Below, piece by piece: positions 32,012 to 35,222 of a DNA stretch of 35,222 bases (position 1 is its first letter; each line of letters starts with the position of its first letter). A model generated the notes under the pieces. That model had not been told where the DNA came from, searched no databases, and saw only the letters and a program-made list of their open reading frames with translations. The stretch lies in IMG/VR virus record IMGVR_UViG_3300046779_000326, positions 1 through 35,222 of that record. One strand, 5' to 3'. A program made the translations under genes and the position numbers. The stretch is from a virus. Lineage: Duplodnaviria > Caudoviricetes.

Positions 32012-33663
32012 TAACGACTCCCTTGAGGTACAACATCAATATCCACGGCAACAGCCATATTCCAGTTGTCACCAGTTGGTGTCACTTGTAGCCGATGGTA
32101 ATTACCAGAACCACGCAAAGAAATCCTGTTATCAGAGTCAGCAGGTGTACTTGTTCCAAATGTAACGCCATCGCTCAACAATGTACGAGAAGCCAATGCA
32201 ACCGATGCAGAGCCATTGTCAATCTGTGGCCGAGACAAAGTCACCAATGACCTGCCGCCAGTAGAAATATCGCCAGTTTCAATGGTTGCAGTCTTGCGCG
32301 CGCCGCTAAAAGTAATGACTTTTGTGCTTGTCGTACCACCCAAGAAATACTTACCGCCTGCGTACAGGTTTGAATCTAAAGATACCGACAAAGCGTCAAT
32401 TGATGCGCTAATGCTATCCAATTGCTCAAGTGTGACAGATGCAGTCGTAGCGTCAGAGATGTAGTCAGCCGTAGTCATCATTACGGCCCACTTCTTAGTT
32501 GTGAAGCTGTAAACAATCAACTTACGCTCTGCGAAACGACTCTTGTAGTTCCACAATACCAGCTTGCGAACAGGGTCAACAGCGCATGACATTGTTGAAA
32601 AGTCAGGGTCAGCATCACTAAAGAAATAGCGATCTATCTTCTCTGCACCGATTGGAACGACTTGTTGACCGTCACATAGATAAAAACCGTCATCAGACAA
32701 AAAGAACGTCAATCCTTGATATTGACTGATAGAACCTGCGGCAATACAACCCTTTTCACGGCTGATATTGTCAAACTGGAAAATAAAAGGCGTACCTACA
32801 TAACTCATGCGGTGAATCGCCTTTTCCATCAGGATAAGACCAAACTCACCACCACGGATGCCAGTAATATGACCACCATCAGGAATGTCTTGATAGTCAG
32901 CTTGAGTAATCTGGCTTGAAGTCCAAGTCGTTTCGTCATTCAAACCAGACCATTGCACTCGATACGGATAGTCGCCTGAGTTGTCAGTAGTGTTAGCCGC
33001 TACCACAAAATCGCGTACAACAGTCACAAACTTAGCAATCGGCGCATCATCAGCAAGGTTACGGAATGATGTGCTTGTATCAGCCACAAACGACTGAAGG
33101 CGATCACCAAAATTAGCAGCGATTGTGCGATTACCAAAACGAGTAAATCGAATACGCTGACCATCAGGAGTGCTAAACCCTGCTTCAACTGACGAGATTC
33201 TTACGTTTCCTGTCGTTGTTGCAGATGTTGTTGTCACTGTAAAAGTGTCAGCAGTAAGTTTGGTGATAGTAAATTGACCATCAACAGCAGTTCCGCTAGT
33301 GAAGTTCAAATAAACAGAATCACCAGTTTTCCATCCGTGAGCTGTTGCCGTAACCGTTAAAGTCGTTGTTCCAGACTGTGCATAAGTGCCAGACGTATAC
33401 CAAACCTGAGTTAGCGCACCAACAGAGTCAACAGAATAAATCTTACTTTTACCAGCAGCAAACAGCTTGATTGTGCCTGATTGGTCTTTTGAGTAAGCCA
33501 GCGTCATCAAGTTCTCGTCAGCAGCAGCAGACAAATCAGCCTCAGACGGAAAAGGCGCATATCCTGTTTGTGTTGGATAGCAGTTTTGTGCTTTTGTGAT
33601 AGCCCCAATTAGACCTGGTTGGTCTGGTAGCCACTCACCTAATGGAACGCGTTGTATTGTCAT
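32011..33663 (-). CDS. Tail hub/packaged-DNA stabilisation protein (P22 gp10-like)
   Basis: GEWLPDQPG start (ATG 33663, ATGA), VVRDFVV, RVQWSGLND, FFLSDDGFY; beta-propeller-like pattern. Confidence 0.75.
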   Translation of the reverse strand: MTIQRVPLGEWLPDQPGLIGAITKAQNCYPTQTGYAPFPSEADLSAAADENLMTLAYSKDQSGTIKLFAAGKSKIYSVDSVGALTQVWYTSGTYAQSGTTTLTVTATAHGWKTGDSVYLNFTSGTAVDGQFTITKLTADTFTVTTTSATTTGNVRISSVEAGFSTPDGQRIRFTRFGNRTIAANFGDRLQSFVADTSTSFRNLADDAPIAKFVTVVRDFVVAANTTDNSGDYPYRVQWSGLNDETTWTSSQITQADYQDIPDGGHITGIRGGEFGLILMEKAIHRMSYVGTPFIFQFDNISREKGCIAAGSISQYQGLTFFLSDDGFYLCDGQQVVPIGAEKIDRYFFSDADPDFSTMSCAVDPVRKLVLWNYKSRFAERKLIVYSFTTKKWAVMMTTADYISDATTASVTLEQLDSISASIDALSVSLDSNLYAGGKYFLGGTTSTKVITFSGARKTATIETGDISTGGRSLVTLSRPQIDNGSASVALASRTLLSDGVTFGTSTPADSDNRISLRGSGNYHRLQVTPTGDNWNMAVAVDIDVVPQGSR

Positions 33664-34487
33664 TGTCTCAGCCAAGTGTTTGAACTTGAGGCAGTTTGCG
33701 CCCAAGTGTTTGAGTTACTTGCAACATCTGACCAAGAATTTGAGCCTACGCTCACTTCTGACCAAGTGTTGTCATTTTGTGACACATCAGCCCAAGTATC
33801 TGTGCTAATTGGTACGTCAGACCAATTATCGCCCACACGCACCCCATTGCAAACAACAACAGCGTTGCAATCCACAGACGCAGTGAAATCGAATATGGCA
33901 TAACCATCAGCCTCAAATGTTGCGTCACAGCTTACAGATGCAGCGCCATCAGCGATAACACCACCCAAAGCCGTAACTGTTGCAGATGCAGTAATTGAAG
34001 CGTCAGCCTCACGAACTCGAATTGCGTCAGCAGATACCGTAGCACTTGAGCTGATATCAGCAGAAGCATTGGCAACAATTCCACCAAGAGCAGTTACCGT
34101 AGCAGAGCAAGATATGTCAGCAGATGCGATGGCGATACGCTGTCCAGCCGCAGAAACAGCCGCAGAAGCGCTTATATCTGCTGTTCCAATAGCAACCCTC
34201 ACAGCATCACAAGAAACGCTTGCAGAAGCGTCTACTGATGCCGTACCTAGTGCTACACGGATAGCCTCACATGAGACAGATGCAGATGAGGAAACAGAAG
34301 CAGCGCCAGCAAACGTGACGCTTGAATTTGCCGATACGGTAGCAGTAGAACTTACAGAACCGTAAGCATCCCACAGAGTGACAGATGTTGTATATAACGG
34401 ACTGTCAAGAGACAGCGTTAAGTCATCAAGACTAGCCTTAAGGTTATCTAGGCTGTCAATTGTCCACGGTGGGAGCAGGTCAGCCAT
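33660..34487 (-). CDS. Ala/Ser/Val repeat virion protein with Trp decamer repeats
   Basis: About nine 20-aa repeats and six Trp at 10-aa spacing at the C-terminus. Confidence 0.7.
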   Translation of the reverse strand: MADLLPPWTIDSLDNLKASLDDLTLSLDSPLYTTSVTLWDAYGSVSSTATVSANSSVTFAGAASVSSSASVSCEAIRVALGTASVDASASVSCDAVRVAIGTADISASAAVSAAGQRIAIASADISCSATVTALGGIVANASADISSSATVSADAIRVREADASITASATVTALGGVIADGAASVSCDATFEADGYAIFDFTASVDCNAVVVCNGVRVGDNWSDVPISTDTWADVSQNDNTWSEVSVGSNSWSDVASNSNTWAQTASSSNTWLRQ

Positions 34488-34488
34488 A

Positions 34489-34875
34489 TCACGCCAATGT
34501 CACGCTCAATGAACCAGATGCAATGCGGAAAACGTCACCAGTGGCGATTGTTTTAGAAGCATCCAAGGCAGTGTGAAACAGCAAGTTACCAGCCGTAGAA
34601 GCATCACGGATGCCAACGTGAGTAATTGTTCCCCACGAGCCACCAGCTTGAGGGAATTCAATCGCTGCGCTGTTTGTCGTCACCCCGTTAGAAGGCGAAC
34701 CAAAAGTGATCGACTGACGAGCGTAAGAAGTGCCAGAAACCTCAGTTCCCGAATCTGCATCAGTTGGGTCGCTTGTGTAGAGCGCCAAATAAACAGTGGC
34801 AGGGCTTGTGTAGCTTGTGTTACGAAGAACAGCATTAACCAACGCTGTCTCAAGATAGTTTGACATTTCGGACAT
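34489..34875 (-). CDS. Small structural/tail-fibre-associated protein
   Basis: MSNYLE, VYLALYTSDP, EVSGTSYARQ, ITHVGIRDASTAGNLL. Confidence 0.75.
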   Translation of the reverse strand: MSEMSNYLETALVNAVLRNTSYTSPATVYLALYTSDPTDADSGTEVSGTSYARQSITFGSPSNGVTTNSAAIEFPQAGGSWGTITHVGIRDASTAGNLLFHTALDASKTIATGDVFRIASGSLSVTLA

Positions 34876-34877
34876 GA

Positions 34878-35095
34878 TTACCTCGTTGCAAGTGTCATTG
34901 AAAGTGGAACGCCTGAATACTGAGATGACTCGTCAGATTTTGTCAGGGTTGAGATTGCTCGGTCATACATAGTTCCCCATGTATTGATTCGAGCGTCATT
35001 CATTAAAAATGGCTCTGCTTCCAACAAAGAAGCATAAAGCAAAGCATCAGGCGCATTAGCCATAAACACATTGCTTGAATTTGTGTCGCTCAAAA
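34878..35095 (-). CDS. Head-tail adaptor-like protein, 3' part (starts at 403)
   Basis: In frame with 403..1; PDALLYASLLEAEPFLMNDARI motif. Confidence 0.75.
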
Positions 35096-35222
35096 ATTCA
35101 GGTGCAGAGTAATACAGCAATTTCACTGTATATGCTGAATCAGGAATAGGAGCCAACTGGAACTCACTAGCCAAGATCGTGTAATCAAGCGGCTTACCGC
35201 TTTCAGTTGTTCGAGCGTTACG
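35096..35222. repeat. Terminal direct repeat, copy 2
   Basis: Identical to 1-127. Confidence 0.95.

Noticed and set aside
536-34863. Numerous short opposite-strand or nested ORFs in the track
   Set aside because: They overlap well-supported genes and lack motifs; treated as shadows.
1-35222. Stop-codon reassignment or introns/inteins in core genes
   Set aside because: TAA, TAG and TGA all end genes at coupled junctions, and terminase, portal and capsid are uninterrupted and of normal length.

Overview
The window is an apparently complete, circularly assembled 35,095-bp tailed phage genome. Positions 1-127 are identical to 35096-35222, and a head-tail adaptor gene runs across the join. The gene set is P22/podovirus-like: portal, scaffold, DUF5309/SU10-type capsid, gp10-like hub, three ejection-type proteins and an S74-chaperoned tail fibre. 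Spanins point to a diderm host. A divergent control region at about 18655-18790 drives a short rightward early arm (ERF, YqaJ exonuclease, SSB-like, HNH). The long leftward arm carries a Cro-like HTH, a secreted Cys peptide, MazG-like, YdaU/DUF1376 initiator, many small genes, GT32, FkbM and DNA methyltransferases, terminase, head, tail and a membrane/lysis cassette. I found no integrase, CI repressor, polymerase, helicase, tRNA or CRISPR array. The most notable observations are: (1) an antisense NUMOD4-HNH gene with start-start and stop-stop overlaps; (2) three structured non-coding elements, namely an attenuator-like switch before the late genes, an anti-SD multi-stem leader before the initiator, and a loop-E hairpin after SSB; (3) a likely AUU-initiated gene in an eight-gene membrane/lysis cassette; (4) an unannotated exported four-Cys peptide coupled to the Cro-like gene; (5) a GT2/GT32/FkbM set that may glycosylate the virion; (6) a repeat-punctuated modular gene. 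All product calls come from motif recognition and synteny by eye; no database searches were run.
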